Origin: Pirellulales bacterium
Lineage (GTDB): Bacteria > Planctomycetota > Planctomycetia > Pirellulales > DATAWG01
Assembly: GCA_963725485.1 (NCBI GenBank)
Contig: CAVRYO010000008.1
Span: forward strand, 328,802-392,801
Direction: 5' to 3'
DNA length: 64,000 nt
Part shown: positions 52,160-63,374 of the stretch, piece by piece
Position numbering within the stretch: the stretch's first letter is position 1
Layout: each line of letters begins with the position of its first letter
Program-made: the position numbers and the translations under genes
The notes under the pieces: generated by a model
The model's input: the letters and a program-made list of their open reading frames with translations, nothing else
Told to the model about the DNA's origin: nothing
Databases searched by the model: none

Positions 52160-53626
52160 TCAAATGAGCAAATCGCGGACCACGCGGCCCGAGACGTTCG
52201 TCAGGCGGCGGCGAATTCCGTTGTGATAGAACGTGAGCCGCTCGTGGTCGATGCCGAGAATATCGAGAATCGTGGCGTGAAAATCGTGCCAATCGACGGG
52301 CTTGTCGACCGCCTTCCAGCCGACTTCGTCGGTCGAGCCGTACGAAAAACCATGCTTCAATCCGGCACCGGCTAGCCAGGTGGTAAAGCCATATTGATTA
52401 TGGTCGCGGCCTTTGCCGAGTACGCCGTCGGAAGATTGAGTAAACGGCGTCCGCCCGAATTCGGTGCTGAAAATCACCAGCGTGTCGTCCAGCATGCCGC
52501 GCTGCTTGAGGTCCTTGAGCAGGCCGGCAACCGGTTGATCGATCCGTTTGGCTTCCTGCGTGTGGAGCGATTGGAGATCTTCGTGGCCGTCCCAATTGAT
52601 GCGCGGCGAGCCGAACGCCGAGCCGGAAAAAAGCTGCACGTACCGCACTCCTTGCTCCAGCAGCCGCCGGGCCAACAGGCAGTTGCGGCCGAAATCTTCC
52701 GATTCTTTGGCTCCCAAGCCATACATTTCGTGAGTGGCCGCGGTCTCGCGGCTCAGATCGGCGACACTGGGCAGCGCCAATTGCATCTTGGCGGCCAGCT
52801 CGTAGCTGCGAATCCGCGCGGCCAACTCGTCGCTGCCGCCGCGCTCGTCGAGATGATGCCGATTCATCCGGCCGAGCAGATCGCGGCTGGCGCGTTCGGT
52901 AACGGACGGAATCTCGCGAGCCGCGAACAGATCATCAATCGGTGCTCCTCGGCTGCGCAGCGGCACGCCTTGATGATGGGCGGGAAGGAAACCGTTGGCC
53001 CAATTGATCGAGCCGCCGGCCGGCACGCCACGCACGTCGGGCAAGACGACGAACGTCGGCAGATCGTCCGTCTCGCAACCCAGCCCGTAGGAGAGCCAGG
53101 AACCGAGCACCGGAAAGCCGTTCAAGCGAAAGCCCGTGTTGGCCTGAAATGTGGCTGGCGTGTGGTTCGACGTTTCGGCCAGCATCGAGCGGATGAGCGT
53201 CAATTCGTCAGCCATGCCAGCCAGATGCGGGAACAGATCGGAAATCCAGAGGCCGCTCGAACCGCGCTGCCTAAACTTGTAAAACGGCTGATGCAGCAAG
53301 CCGACCTGGCCGAAAAAGACATCGGGCCGCTCGTCGCCGGGGAGTTTCTTGCCGTGATGTTTGATCAACTCCGGCTTGTAATCGAACGAATCGATGTGGC
53401 TCAATCCGCCGCAGCAAAAGATGTGGATCGCCCGCTTGGCTCGCGGCCGATGATGCGGGGGAGGATCGGCGGCCTCGCTCGGCACGACGGCTGCTTCGAG
53501 CAATCGATCGCGGGAGAAAAGCATGGCCAGCGCCGCGCCCCCCAAGCCGGAACCGACCCAGGAAAGCAATTCCCGGCGAGTCGCGACGCCGCTTGAGAAT
53601 TCGTTGTTTGGCATCATCATCGTCAT
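52160..53626 (-). CDS. DUF1501 (sulfatase-like) protein with a TAT signal
   Basis: RRELLSWVGSGLGGAALA; ...HIFCCGGLSHIDSFDYKP...; C-terminal FSTEFGRTP...GRDHN. Uninterrupted. Confidence 0.85.
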   Translation of the reverse strand: MTMMMPNNEFSSGVATRRELLSWVGSGLGGAALAMLFSRDRLLEAAVVPSEAADPPPHHRPRAKRAIHIFCCGGLSHIDSFDYKPELIKHHGKKLPGDERPDVFFGQVGLLHQPFYKFRQRGSSGLWISDLFPHLAGMADELTLIRSMLAETSNHTPATFQANTGFRLNGFPVLGSWLSYGLGCETDDLPTFVVLPDVRGVPAGGSINWANGFLPAHHQGVPLRSRGAPIDDLFAAREIPSVTERASRDLLGRMNRHHLDERGGSDELAARIRSYELAAKMQLALPSVADLSRETAATHEMYGLGAKESEDFGRNCLLARRLLEQGVRYVQLFSGSAFGSPRINWDGHEDLQSLHTQEAKRIDQPVAGLLKDLKQRGMLDDTLVIFSTEFGRTPFTQSSDGVLGKGRDHNQYGFTTWLAGAGLKHGFSYGSTDEVGWKAVDKPVDWHDFHATILDILGIDHERLTFYHNGIRRRLTNVSGRVVRDLLI

Positions 53627-53772
53627 TTCTCCCTCGCGGCGCTCACACGGGTTCGCATCTCATTCATCCGTGCGATTCGTGACATCCGTGGTTGCGTTTC
53701 ATCGTGCGAGAACCAGAGGATGCCACCCACGGATGTCACCGATCACGCGGATGACGAATTGGGGCGATTGGT

Positions 53773-56700
53773 TCAATCGATATATAGAAATTCGTCGCTG
53801 TTGAACAGCACGCGGCAAAACGCTTCGAGGCTGTGCTCATGAACAAAGTGGATGGCCGTTGACAATTCGGCCTGTTCGGGCAGGCGGCCAAAGGCCAGCC
53901 CGTAGGCCAATTCAATCTGTGGCTTCTCCGCGGAGCCTGCTTCTCGACGCAAGCGTTCTGCAAAGCGATCGGCCAAGCGCAGCACCAGCGCGTTGTTCCA
54001 AAGCCCCAAGGCTTGCAGCGGCGTGGTGGTCGTCAAACGCTTCGGGGTGGTCGTCGATGGATCGGGGCAATCGAAAACGTCTAATAAATGGTTCGTCCCG
54101 CTGCGGATCCACATCCGATAAATCGTGCGGCGATTGAATTCGTAGCCGATCGGGTCGATCGGCTCGTAGAATGTGCTATTGGATTCATGACTCGTGTGGT
54201 CGCGATAGCTGGGACCACCGACGGTCGGATTGAGTTCGCCTGCCGTTGCGAGCATCGCGTCGCGAATCGATTCGGCGTCAAGCCGCCGGGGGCTCTTGCG
54301 CCACAGCAGACGATCGTCGGCGTCGATCTTCCGGCCCCGCTCTTGCGCTTCCGGCGATACCCGGTCCGACTGCCGATAGGCGGCCGACAACACGATCGTG
54401 CGCTGCAGGCGCTTGATGCTCCAGTGGCCGTCGATCAACTGCCGGGCCAGCCACTCGAGCAATTCCGGATGGCGCGGCCGGCCGCCGTTGAAACCGAAAT
54501 CATTGGGCGTGTCGACGATGCCCACGCCAAAGTGATAATGCCACAACCGGTTGGCCATCACGCGCGCCGCCAAAGGCGCCGCCGGACCCGTGATCCAGGC
54601 GGCCAGCTTTTCGCGCCGCGGGGCGTCGGGCGAATCGGCAGCCAGCCCCAAATCGGCTCCGCCGGGCGCCGCCGCGGCGATGCCGCCGGGCGCGACCAAG
54701 GCGCCGGGCTGCGCCGGATTGCCGCGCGCGAACACGTGCGTCGGCGCGGGCAACTGGGGATTGACGGCATACACCGGCCCGCCGGACAGCAAGCCTTGGC
54801 GCATCCGGACCCACGAAAGCTGCGTGACCAATTGTTGGCGCTCGCGCGACTCTCCGGGCGTGAGCGCCGCGAGAACCGTCTCCAGCGAAACTGGCGCCGC
54901 AACGCCGGCCAAAGCCGCGACCTCTTCGGGCGCGAGCGCCCGATCGTAAAGTTGCGCCTGCCGGATCGAGCCGGCCAGCATTTTGTTGCCGCCGACAGGC
55001 AAGTGCCGCAAGCCGAACACTAGCTGCGCTCCGCCGGCGGGAAAGGTGTTCAGGCTGTTGGCGGTATACGTGGCCCCGTACGGCCGCCCGTTGCGATAGG
55101 CCGTGATCGTGCGGTCGGTCCCATAGACGATCGTGATTTGCACGAACTGGTCCTTGCCGGCAGTCTCGGCTTCGGCGGAAAAACTGCGGTAGCGCGTGAA
55201 GCCATTGCTGCCCGCCATCCAGTGGCCCGGCTCAAGCTCGCCGAAGACGATGGCATCGAACACGCTGCCGTCGAGCGTTTGCAGGCTCATCGCGGCGCCG
55301 CCGCGCTGCTGGAGATTGTCGAGCGCTACCCACGCTTCCAGCGTCTTGGCCGCAAGCGGCTTGTCGAGCGGGACCGTCGCGACATAACTGTCGCGACCAT
55401 CGAGCTGCAGCCGGCCGTCCGCCAATCGCGCATGGCCATGCGGCTCGCCGTGCAAATCGCCGAGAGCATCATGCAGGCTATCTTTGAAATCCCAGCGGGC
55501 AATCGGTTTGGGGAGAACGACGCGCGGCGAAGCGTCGTCACCAGCGGCGAGGCGGCGGCGCACCGGTTCTTCCAGCGCGGCGAGTTTTCGCTCGAGTTCG
55601 CGGGCTTCGCCGTCGAGTGCCTGTCGGCGCATCCGCGGCGGCTTTTCCAGACGCCGCCAGGCTTTCGCGCTCGCCGTGGCGCACGCCACTCAGCGCCGAA
55701 CGGAGCCGATAGTAATCCACCTGAGAGATGGGATCGAATTTGTGATCGTGGCAGCGGGCGCAATTCGCCGTGAGGCCCAAGAAAGTTTGCGAAGTGGTGC
55801 CGACCAGGTCTTCCAACTCGTCTTCGCGCACGACCGCTTTCATCGCAGCGCTTTGTTGCGTCTCGCCGACTTCATCCCACGGCCCCGCGACCAGGTATCC
55901 CGTGGCGTCGACGGCCTCTGGGTCGTCCGGTCGCAATACGTCGCCCGCGAGTTGCAGGCGGACGAATTCGTCATACGGAAGATCGTCATTGAAGGCGGCG
56001 ATGACCCAATCGCGATAGCGATAGGCGCCGGGCCGCGGCTTGTCGCGCTCGAAGCCTTGGCTCTCGCCGAAATGAACGATGTCGAGCCAATGCCGGGCCC
56101 ACCGCTCGCCGTAGTGAGGCGACGCGAGCAGCCGATCGACGACATGCTCGCAAGCCTCGGGCGATTCGTCGGTGAGGAACGCGGAGATTTCGGCGGGCGT
56201 GGGCGGCAAGCCGATCAGGTCGAACGTCACGCGGCGGAGCAAGGTCCGTTTATCCGCAGGGGGCGCGGGAGTGAGGTGCTTTTCTTCGAGCTTTTCGAGG
56301 ATGAACGCGTCGATCGGATTGCGGATCCAGGCTGCGTTTTTGACGGTCGGCGGGCGGGGATTGCCAAGCGGCTTGAGGCACCACCAATCGCGGCCGGCGC
56401 GGGTGGCGGTCGTCAACTCCAGCGGGCTCAGCGCGCGATCTTTCGGCCAGGGGGCGCCTGATTCGATCCAACGTTTGAGCGTCGTCAATTCCGCGCCGGC
56501 GAGCGGTTTGCCTTTGCCCGGGGGAGGCATTTCGCCGGCGTCGATCCGGGTGATAATGTAGCTTTCGTCGATGTTGCCCGGCTTGACGGCCGGTTCGCCG
56601 CTTTTGCCGGCGGCATAAGCTTCGTCGCGCGACATCAAGCTCAGCCCGCCCGCCTTGTCGCTGGGATTGTGGCAGCCGGCGCAGTGGCGCAAGAAGATCG

Positions 56701-56956
56701 GGGCAACGTCGCGCTCGAATTCGACCGGAGGCTTCGCCGTTGAACCGGCCGCTGCAATGGCGGACAGACGGAGCCAGAATGCCGCCGCAAAGATCGCGAT
56801 CGCCGCACACTGCCACGCATAAGCTCGATGGCAAGCGGCGACGCGGCATGAGCAAGCCTCGATGAACTTCCGACCAAACGGTTCGGCGGCCTTGGCAATG
56901 CTGGAGCCGCCACGGCCAAGAAGCGGATTATAAGTCCGCCCCGGACTGCCGGGCAA
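53773..56956 (-). pseudogene. PSCyt2 / DUF1549 / LamG-like / DUF1553 (PSD1-type) protein, frameshift near 55650-55690; start uncertain
   Basis: CAGCHNPSDKAGGLSL...GEMPPP; NPIDAFILEKL...SPHYGERWARHWLD; CARCHDHKFDP; | LamG-like middle part; MANRLWHYHFGVGIV.TPNDFG...HPELLEWLA...FDCPDP. Confidence 0.8.
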
Positions 56957-56983
56957 TCCAACCGGCTTTTGCCACTGCCGCGT

Positions 56984-59201
56984 TCACTTCTTCGCCCAAT
57001 TGGGGTCGAAGACCAGGACGGCTTGGCCCAGGTGGAACGCTTTGGGGAGCTTGTCGGCTTCGACGGTCCAGGACGTGCCGCGATAGCCGTAACTGCCGGT
57101 GCGCGTTTCGCCGTAGTCGCTGCTCTTGAATCTCAGTTCGATGCCCGTTGGGTCCGAGGGTATCAAGCTGTCGTCGGTCAGGACGACTTTCAGCTTGCCG
57201 CCGACCGGTCCGTCGTGAAACAGCGTGTTGTATTCTTCGCCGGGGCCGCTGAAAAAAGCGATCGTCAATTCCTTGCCGGCAATATGGCTGATCCAACCGG
57301 CGAAGCCGCGCTGCTTGACGAAATCGTGATTTTTTTCGCGCCGCTGGGCGGTAGCCTGCTCGAAAGTTTTCTCGCCGACCCAGATTTCGGTGCAGTAGCC
57401 ATTGTCCGAAAGCGTGCGGCCCGTTTCATTGATGAGCAACTCGTCGCCGACGGCCAGCTCTCCGAGCGCGATTTGTTTGCCGTCTTTCCAAACGCGGGTC
57501 TTGTCGCTGACGGTAAATTCGCCGCGGCCAACGTCCGGTGGGCGAACCAGGAAATCCTTATCGTTACGGATCTTCGCTTGTTGGCTGGCCAGGACCAATT
57601 GGTGTTCGGCCAGGTTCAGCGACTCGATGCGATAGGATAGCCGACTATCCAGCAGGCGGCTGAATTCGTCGAGGATCAGTGCCGCCCGGGTGAAATCGCC
57701 GTGATCGTCCTGATAGAGGAAAAAATGATATCGTGCGCCTAGCGGCAAATCGCCGAGCTGCGCCGGAGCATTCAAGTACGTGACCGAGCCATACGGCGGC
57801 ATCGTGAAATTCACGAGCTTATCGCTGCGATCCACGCGGAATTGGCCGGTGCGATCGCAGCGCGTCGACTTTCAGCAGCTCGCCGCTGATCGTGTGCTGC
57901 GAGCGCAGCGGCGGAAACTCGGCCGTCTTCAGCCGATACCAAGGAAGCTGCTCGTTCACCAGATCGGTGCGATACGGAAAATGCAGCGGTTCTTCCAAAC
58001 CGGCCATGATGCCGGGCATTTCGGTGTAAAGGCTTTCGCCAAACGGCATGTCGTTCACCGGCCACGACGGCTGCACAAACAGGCGGACAATCCGGCCTTT
58101 GCGAAAGCCTTCCAGCAGCAGACTGGGCTCGATCACCCACCGCACCCCGCCGCAGCCGAAACCCTGCGTCGGGACGCTCTGGAATTCGACCACGGTCGAA
58201 CCCTGACCGTCGACTGGCGGGTTGTAGGTGCGCAGCTCATCATTGGCCACGACACAGCGGATAAAGCGGCGCTCCTTGGCCCATTGGGCGGGATCGATCC
58301 CTTCGTCCTTGAACAGGGCTTGCAGCGAGGCCGGATCGCCGAGCAGCGTGACCGTGACCTTCTTGCCTTCGACCGAATCGATCCAGGCTGCCAGACCGCG
58401 CTCCTTGAGGAACGCCTTGTGCCGGGCCCGTTCGGTTTCCGTGGCGAGCTTTTGCGAATCCGAGCCGACCCAAATATCGCGGCAAAAGTTGCCACTTTCT
58501 TTCGTGCCGCCGGCGAGATTTACAAGCAGCGCATCGCCCACGGCGATGTTCGGCCTGCGTAGATCCGCTCGCGACCTTTCATCGGGCGGTTTGGATAGAT
58601 TTGGGTCGCGTCGTTGATGAGCAGTTCGACATGGCCGAGATCGAACTGCTTTGTGCGCGGGATTCTGCTTGACGACTTCGAGCTTGGAAATGACTTCGGA
58701 CTTGCCGAGGCTCTTTGGTTTTCCGGCGTCGGATGTTGCAGGCTCGATCCCAAATTTTTCAAGGCGGTAACTTAGTCCCGCCGCGGCCAACGCGGTGAAG
58801 TCGTCCTCCATCGCCGCGACTCGGTTGAATTGCCCCTGCTCGTTTTGATAGAGCGAAAACCAAAAGTGCGTTCCCAGCGGAACGTCCCGAAAATCGGCTT
58901 CCGTGTTGAGATACAGCACCGTGCCGAACGAAAGGAGCGAGAAATTCACCAATTCCCCGGTGCCGTCCGCGCGGAACTGGCCCGTGCGATGAATAAAGTC
59001 GGCAGCGACCAGCGCGCCGCCAAGGCGATACTCCGAACCGCGCGGCGGAAACACGCCGGGCTCGAGCTTGTACCACGGCAGACGTTCGTTGGCCGAATCG
59101 TTGCGATACGGAACCGCCGCATCCCGCTGCGAAGACTCGGCCGCGCTTGCCGGCAAAGCGACGAACGACATCAAAACCAGTAAGGACGCCAAGAGCCTCA
59201 C
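56984..59201 (-). pseudogene. Secreted protein made of two tandem ~360-aa homologous modules, family unknown; about three frameshifts
   Basis: A GTG at 59201 overlaps the DUF1552 stop (GTGA). Signal RLLASLLVLMSFVALPASA. Module 1 ...ERLPWYKLEPGVFPP...HRTGQFRADGTGELVNFSL..., module 2 ...EQLPWYRLKTAEFPP...DRTGQFRVDRSDKLVNFTM.... Shifts near 58560-58640 (two) and near 57860-57880. Confidence 0.55.
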
Positions 59202-60593
59202 GCCAAGATCTCCGATACCGGGCCAAGGCTGTCGACGAATTGCTCGGTGTTGACTTCCATCTTCTGCAGCATCGTCAGCATCAGGTTGCTCAGCCGCGCT
59301 TTGTCGTTCTTGGGGCGGCCGCACAGGTCGAGCCATTCGTCGTAGTCGAGCTTGTAGGTGCTGCCTTGCGGCCGGTTGTAATCGATGTGCTGGCCATGCT
59401 TCAGGCCCAGGCCGCGGCCGCCGGCCAGCAGGATCGGCAGATTGCTGTTCGAGTGGCTGTGGCCATAGCTCATGCCGCTGCCGAACAGGACCATCGTGCG
59501 ATCGAGCAGCGGTTCGCCGTCCTCTTGAAAGCCTTTGAGCTGATCGAGGAAATAGGCGAACTGCTGCATGATGAAGGCGTCGCTCTTGGCCAGCCGGTCG
59601 AGCACTTCGGGGTCGCCGCCGTGGTGCGAAAGCTGATGGCGCGATTGCGTGATGCCGATTTCGGGGATGGCCAGCCCGTTGCCCTCGCTGCCGTTCATGT
59701 AGGTGACGACGCGGGTCATGTCGGTGCGCAGGGCCAGCACGATCAGGTCGAACATCGTGCGATAGTATTCGCCGGCCTGCTCTTTGGAGACGTTGCGCTG
59801 GAACGGCCCTGCATCGACCTTCGGCTTGGGCACATCGAGCCAGGCGTCGAGCCGCTCGGTGCGCTGCTCCACGTCGCGCACGGAGTGGAGATATTCGTCG
59901 AGCTTGCGTGCGGTCGTCCTTGCCGAGGTCGTGCCGCAACGAGTTCGCCTCGTCGAGCACGGCGTCGAGCACGCTGCGGCGCTTGTTGAGCTTCGTGCGC
60001 TGGGCGGCGACGCCCCCCGGTTCTTCGCCGAACAGGCGGTCGAAGACATTGCGCGGATTGTCCTCGGCCGGCAGCGGCACGCCATCGCGCGAGAAGGCCA
60101 GCGTGCGTGGAGTTATTCGGCTGGCCCGGTGCCGGAGCTGATCGACAGTTCCAGCGAAGCGAACCGCGTGTGCTGCGACGTGACCTCGGCCATCAACTGA
60201 TCGCACGAGACGGTGTTGTGATATTGCCGGGCGCTCTGGGCGTCGATCTTCGCCCCGGTGAGCCAGGTGTCGGCGCAGACGTGGGCCTGGCCGAGGCCGT
60301 TCGGATGATACAGCCCGCTGAAGACGGTGAAATCTTCGCGATGCTTTTCCAGCGGGCGCAAGCGCCGGCGAGAGCTCGAAATCCGCGGCCCGGCTTTGGT
60401 CACCTGCCAGGTCATGCCGTTCACGCCGTTGGGGATATAGACGAACACGCTGCGGCGCGGCTTCGAGGCGGCGGTCGTCGCGGCGCGCAGCGGGGTCATC
60501 GCATCGAGCAGCGGCAGGGCCATCGCCGTGCCCGCGCCACGCGAGAAAATGGCGGCGCGAAAGGAGCCAGCGCTGCGAGAGGAAGTTGCTCAA
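59198..60593 (-). pseudogene. DUF1552-family protein, four or more frameshifts
   Basis: MSNFLSQRWLLSRRHFL | GAGTAMALPLLDAM...VFVYIPNGV... | ...HREDFTVFSGLYHPNG... | ...NPRNVFDRLFG... | RKLDEYLHSVRDVE...MVLFGSGMSYGHSHSNSNLPILLAGG lie in alternating frames. Confidence 0.7.
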
Positions 60594-60654
60594 GAGTTCA
60601 CCAGTCCTTTTCAGCGAGGGAATTTACCCACCGAATACCGATTGTCGGCGAAAT

Positions 60655-63118
60655 TCAACGTTTTTGGAACAGGTCGCTCAGCACGAGCGCTTCAATCAGT
60701 TTCGACCAGCTTGTAGTCATTTGCCTTGCTTTCCGCGGCGATGGCGGCCAGCGACTGCGCGATCGTCGAAGGTCATGCGCCGCCGCAGGGCGTAGGTGGC
60801 CAGCTTGCCGGTGAAGGCGGCGGCGAACTTATCGAGGTCGGCGAGCATCAGTCGCTTTCAATCCCGACGGCATCGGCGAATTTGCGGCCGTCGGGCAACA
60901 TCGCCGCTGGGGTCGATCTTCGGATTCGCGCCCGCTGCCGTCGACGCACGGCCTCCTCGGTGCGCCAATGGCCGATCGCGTCGTAGTGGTCGAAGGCCAG
61001 GCCGAGCGGGTCGATCTTGCGATGGCAGGCCGCGCAATTGGCATCGCTCGCGATGGGCTTCGAGCTTGGCCCGCAACGTGGTCTTCGGCTCGTTTGGCGG
61101 CGTGGGCTTGATGGCCGTCACGTTGGGCGGCGGCGGCGGGGGCGGATTGCCATAGATCGATTCCAGAACCCACTTGCCGCGATGGACCGGCCGATGCCGC
61201 GTGCCGTCGGAAGTGAGGCTCAGAATCGACGCCTGCGTGAGCAATCCGCCGCGATGGTCTTCCGGCTTCAGCGCGACGCGCTGCATCGCTTCGCCCTGCG
61301 ACGCCGGCGATGCCGTAATGGTCTGCCAGCCGCTCGTTGAGCATCGTCCAATCGGAATCGAGAAACTCCCGCAGCGTAAGATTCTGCTCCAGCACTTCGC
61401 GGAAGAACGACGTGGTCTCCGCCACCATGCTCTTTTCCAGATACTCGTCGTAGTCCGGATAGAGTCTTCTTGTCGGGCTCGAACATGCCGACGCGCCGCA
61501 ATTGCAGCCATTGCCGCGGGAACGCATCGGCGAACGCTTTGATCTTCGGGTCGTGCATCATCCGGCGCACTTCGCCGTGGAGCACGTCGGTCTCGTGAAG
61601 TGTTCCTTGTCGCGCCAGGTCCAGCAGCCGCTCGTCGGGCATCGTGCTCCAGAGGAAATACGACAGCCGCGAAGCCAGTTCCCAATCGTCAAGATGCGGC
61701 GACGGGGCGATCGGCCGAGCCTTCGACCAGATAAATGAAGTTATTCGAGCAGAGCACCGCCAGCAGGCCGGTCTTGACCGACGTTTCGAAACTGTCTCCC
61801 AGCTGCTGCGACCTCTTGAACAGCTCTACCAGCCGCTCGACTTCATCTGGCCGAACCGGCCGGCGGATAAGCGCGCGTGGCAAAACGCGATAAAATCTCG
61901 CGCGCATACGCGAGGTCCTTCGTCGCACCGTCGCCGGCGAAGAAGATTTGCTGATGGGCCGGCGGGGGCCAGGACTCCTGCACCGGACCTTGCCATTCGA
62001 TCCAATCCAGCAGGATCGTCGGCCAGATCGGCTTGAAGTCATCGTCGGTCAGCTTGATCTGCCAAGGCTGCCGCTCTTTCATGCTGAAGAACGGCTTGGT
62101 GCCCAAGGGGCGCGAGGCCCGTTCTTCGGGATTTGGCCCCGGCACGGCGTTGACGATCCGAATGAGATGCGTGCCGGCCGGCAGATGCGTGCGAAATTCC
62201 AGCGTGACCGGCTGATCCTCCGGCGCATCGACATCCTGCTCGAACAGCGTCCGGCCGATGTCAGTGGCATAGAGACGCAACCGCGCCGCCCGCCCGTTGG
62301 CCGGCCGCAGCCCGCTGAGCTTTCACGCGGACGCGGTACATCGCCGGGGTTGACGATCGTCAGCTCGCGCGGCGTCGAGCGCCCCGTTGTTGGGCACGAT
62401 GTCGGCCCGCACTTTGTCGAGAATTCCCCGGGCCGCGAGGTTCTTCGCCACGTCGCCGGGGACGCGCAGCTGACGCGGCGGTCCACAGCGTGGTCTCGGC
62501 CTTTGGCTCCGGCCCCAAGGCCAGGGCCTCGTTCAATACGGACTCCGCGGCAGCAAGATATTTTTCGACATGCGTCGGCGAAAGCGTGAGCACCGAACCG
62601 ATCCGCTCGAACCCTTCCCAATCGGGGTCCTCGGGCAGGCCCGTCGGATCGGACGCATCATAGGTCACGCCCAGCAAGTCGCGGATCGTGTTGCGATATT
62701 CTTCGCGCGATAATCGGTGGAACGAAACTTTTTCGCCCGCGGCGACTTGGCGCGCCGTTTCAGCGGTGGCGAGCTGCCGGGCGATCCAATCGGCGATTTG
62801 GGCGACATCGTCCGCTTTGGGGCGCGGCTCTTTCTTCGGCGGCATTTCGCCCGCGTTCAGGCGGTCCATGACTTCCGACCAATGGCCGGCGATGCCGCCG
62901 TTGGCGAAATCGGCGGTAAGCACGTCGAGCCGGAGATCGCCTTCCTGCTTTTTCTCGCCATGGCACTTAACGCAATGCTGCTTGAAGAACGGTTGCACGA
63001 CCGCGGAGAATTCGGCCGAGTCAGCCACCTGACCTCGGAGGGGCGCGGGGCGAAAACACAGCAAGACCATGGCGGCGAAAACCGCGCATCGGCACAGCAG
63101 GTGGCGATCGAGCTTCAT
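60655..63118 (-). pseudogene. PSCyt3 / DUF1587 / DUF1592 / DUF1595 / DUF1588 / DUF1585-type protein, eight or more frameshifts
   Basis: MKLDRHLL... FFKQHCVKCHGEKKQEGDLRLD...NAGEMPP. Later pieces are LDDWELASRLSYFLWSTMPDERLLDLA, YPDYDEYLEKSMVAETTSFFREVL, GGLLTQASILSLTSDGTRHRPVHRGKWVLESIYG, ANCAACHRKIDPLG-type and ...LVELIEALVLSDLFQKR-stop (60655). All are in different frames. Confidence 0.7.
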
Positions 63119-63374
63119 GGCGGGGACGCGGACGAACTGGCGATCGGTAGGCGGGATTGCACGACGGAACGCGGCGCGCAATTAGGTGGGGCTGGCGTGG
63201 TCACAAGCGCGGACTCGTGACGGCCAGTGGAGCGTGCCAAGACGAACGAAGGATCCTTTGCTGCAAAGAATTCTGCTTGCCTCGCATCAAGCCCTATTGT
63301 CGTTTATTTTGCATCTGATGCAAGCTCGCTCGCTAAATTCGCGAAACGAGCCAATCGGCACGAAGGCAGCGCAA

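Noticed and set aside
57819-60593. 924-aa ORF taken as a single gene
   Set aside because: It is a chimera. Its N-terminal two-thirds is mostly an out-of-frame reading of the DUF1552 gene, with only short in-frame stretches. Its C-terminal third belongs to the two-module protein that starts at 59201.
1-63118. Programmed ribosomal frameshifting as the explanation for the frame breaks
   Set aside because: The breaks affect dozens of unrelated genes and lack slippery heptamers or downstream structures. Many sit at plain homopolymer runs, and some genes would need five or more events.
63309-63323. Perfect palindrome TTGCATC-T-GATGCAA downstream of kdpE
   Set aside because: Single occurrence and a 1-nt centre (poor hairpin). 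No U-tract and no adjacent promoter context, so there is not enough to call a site.
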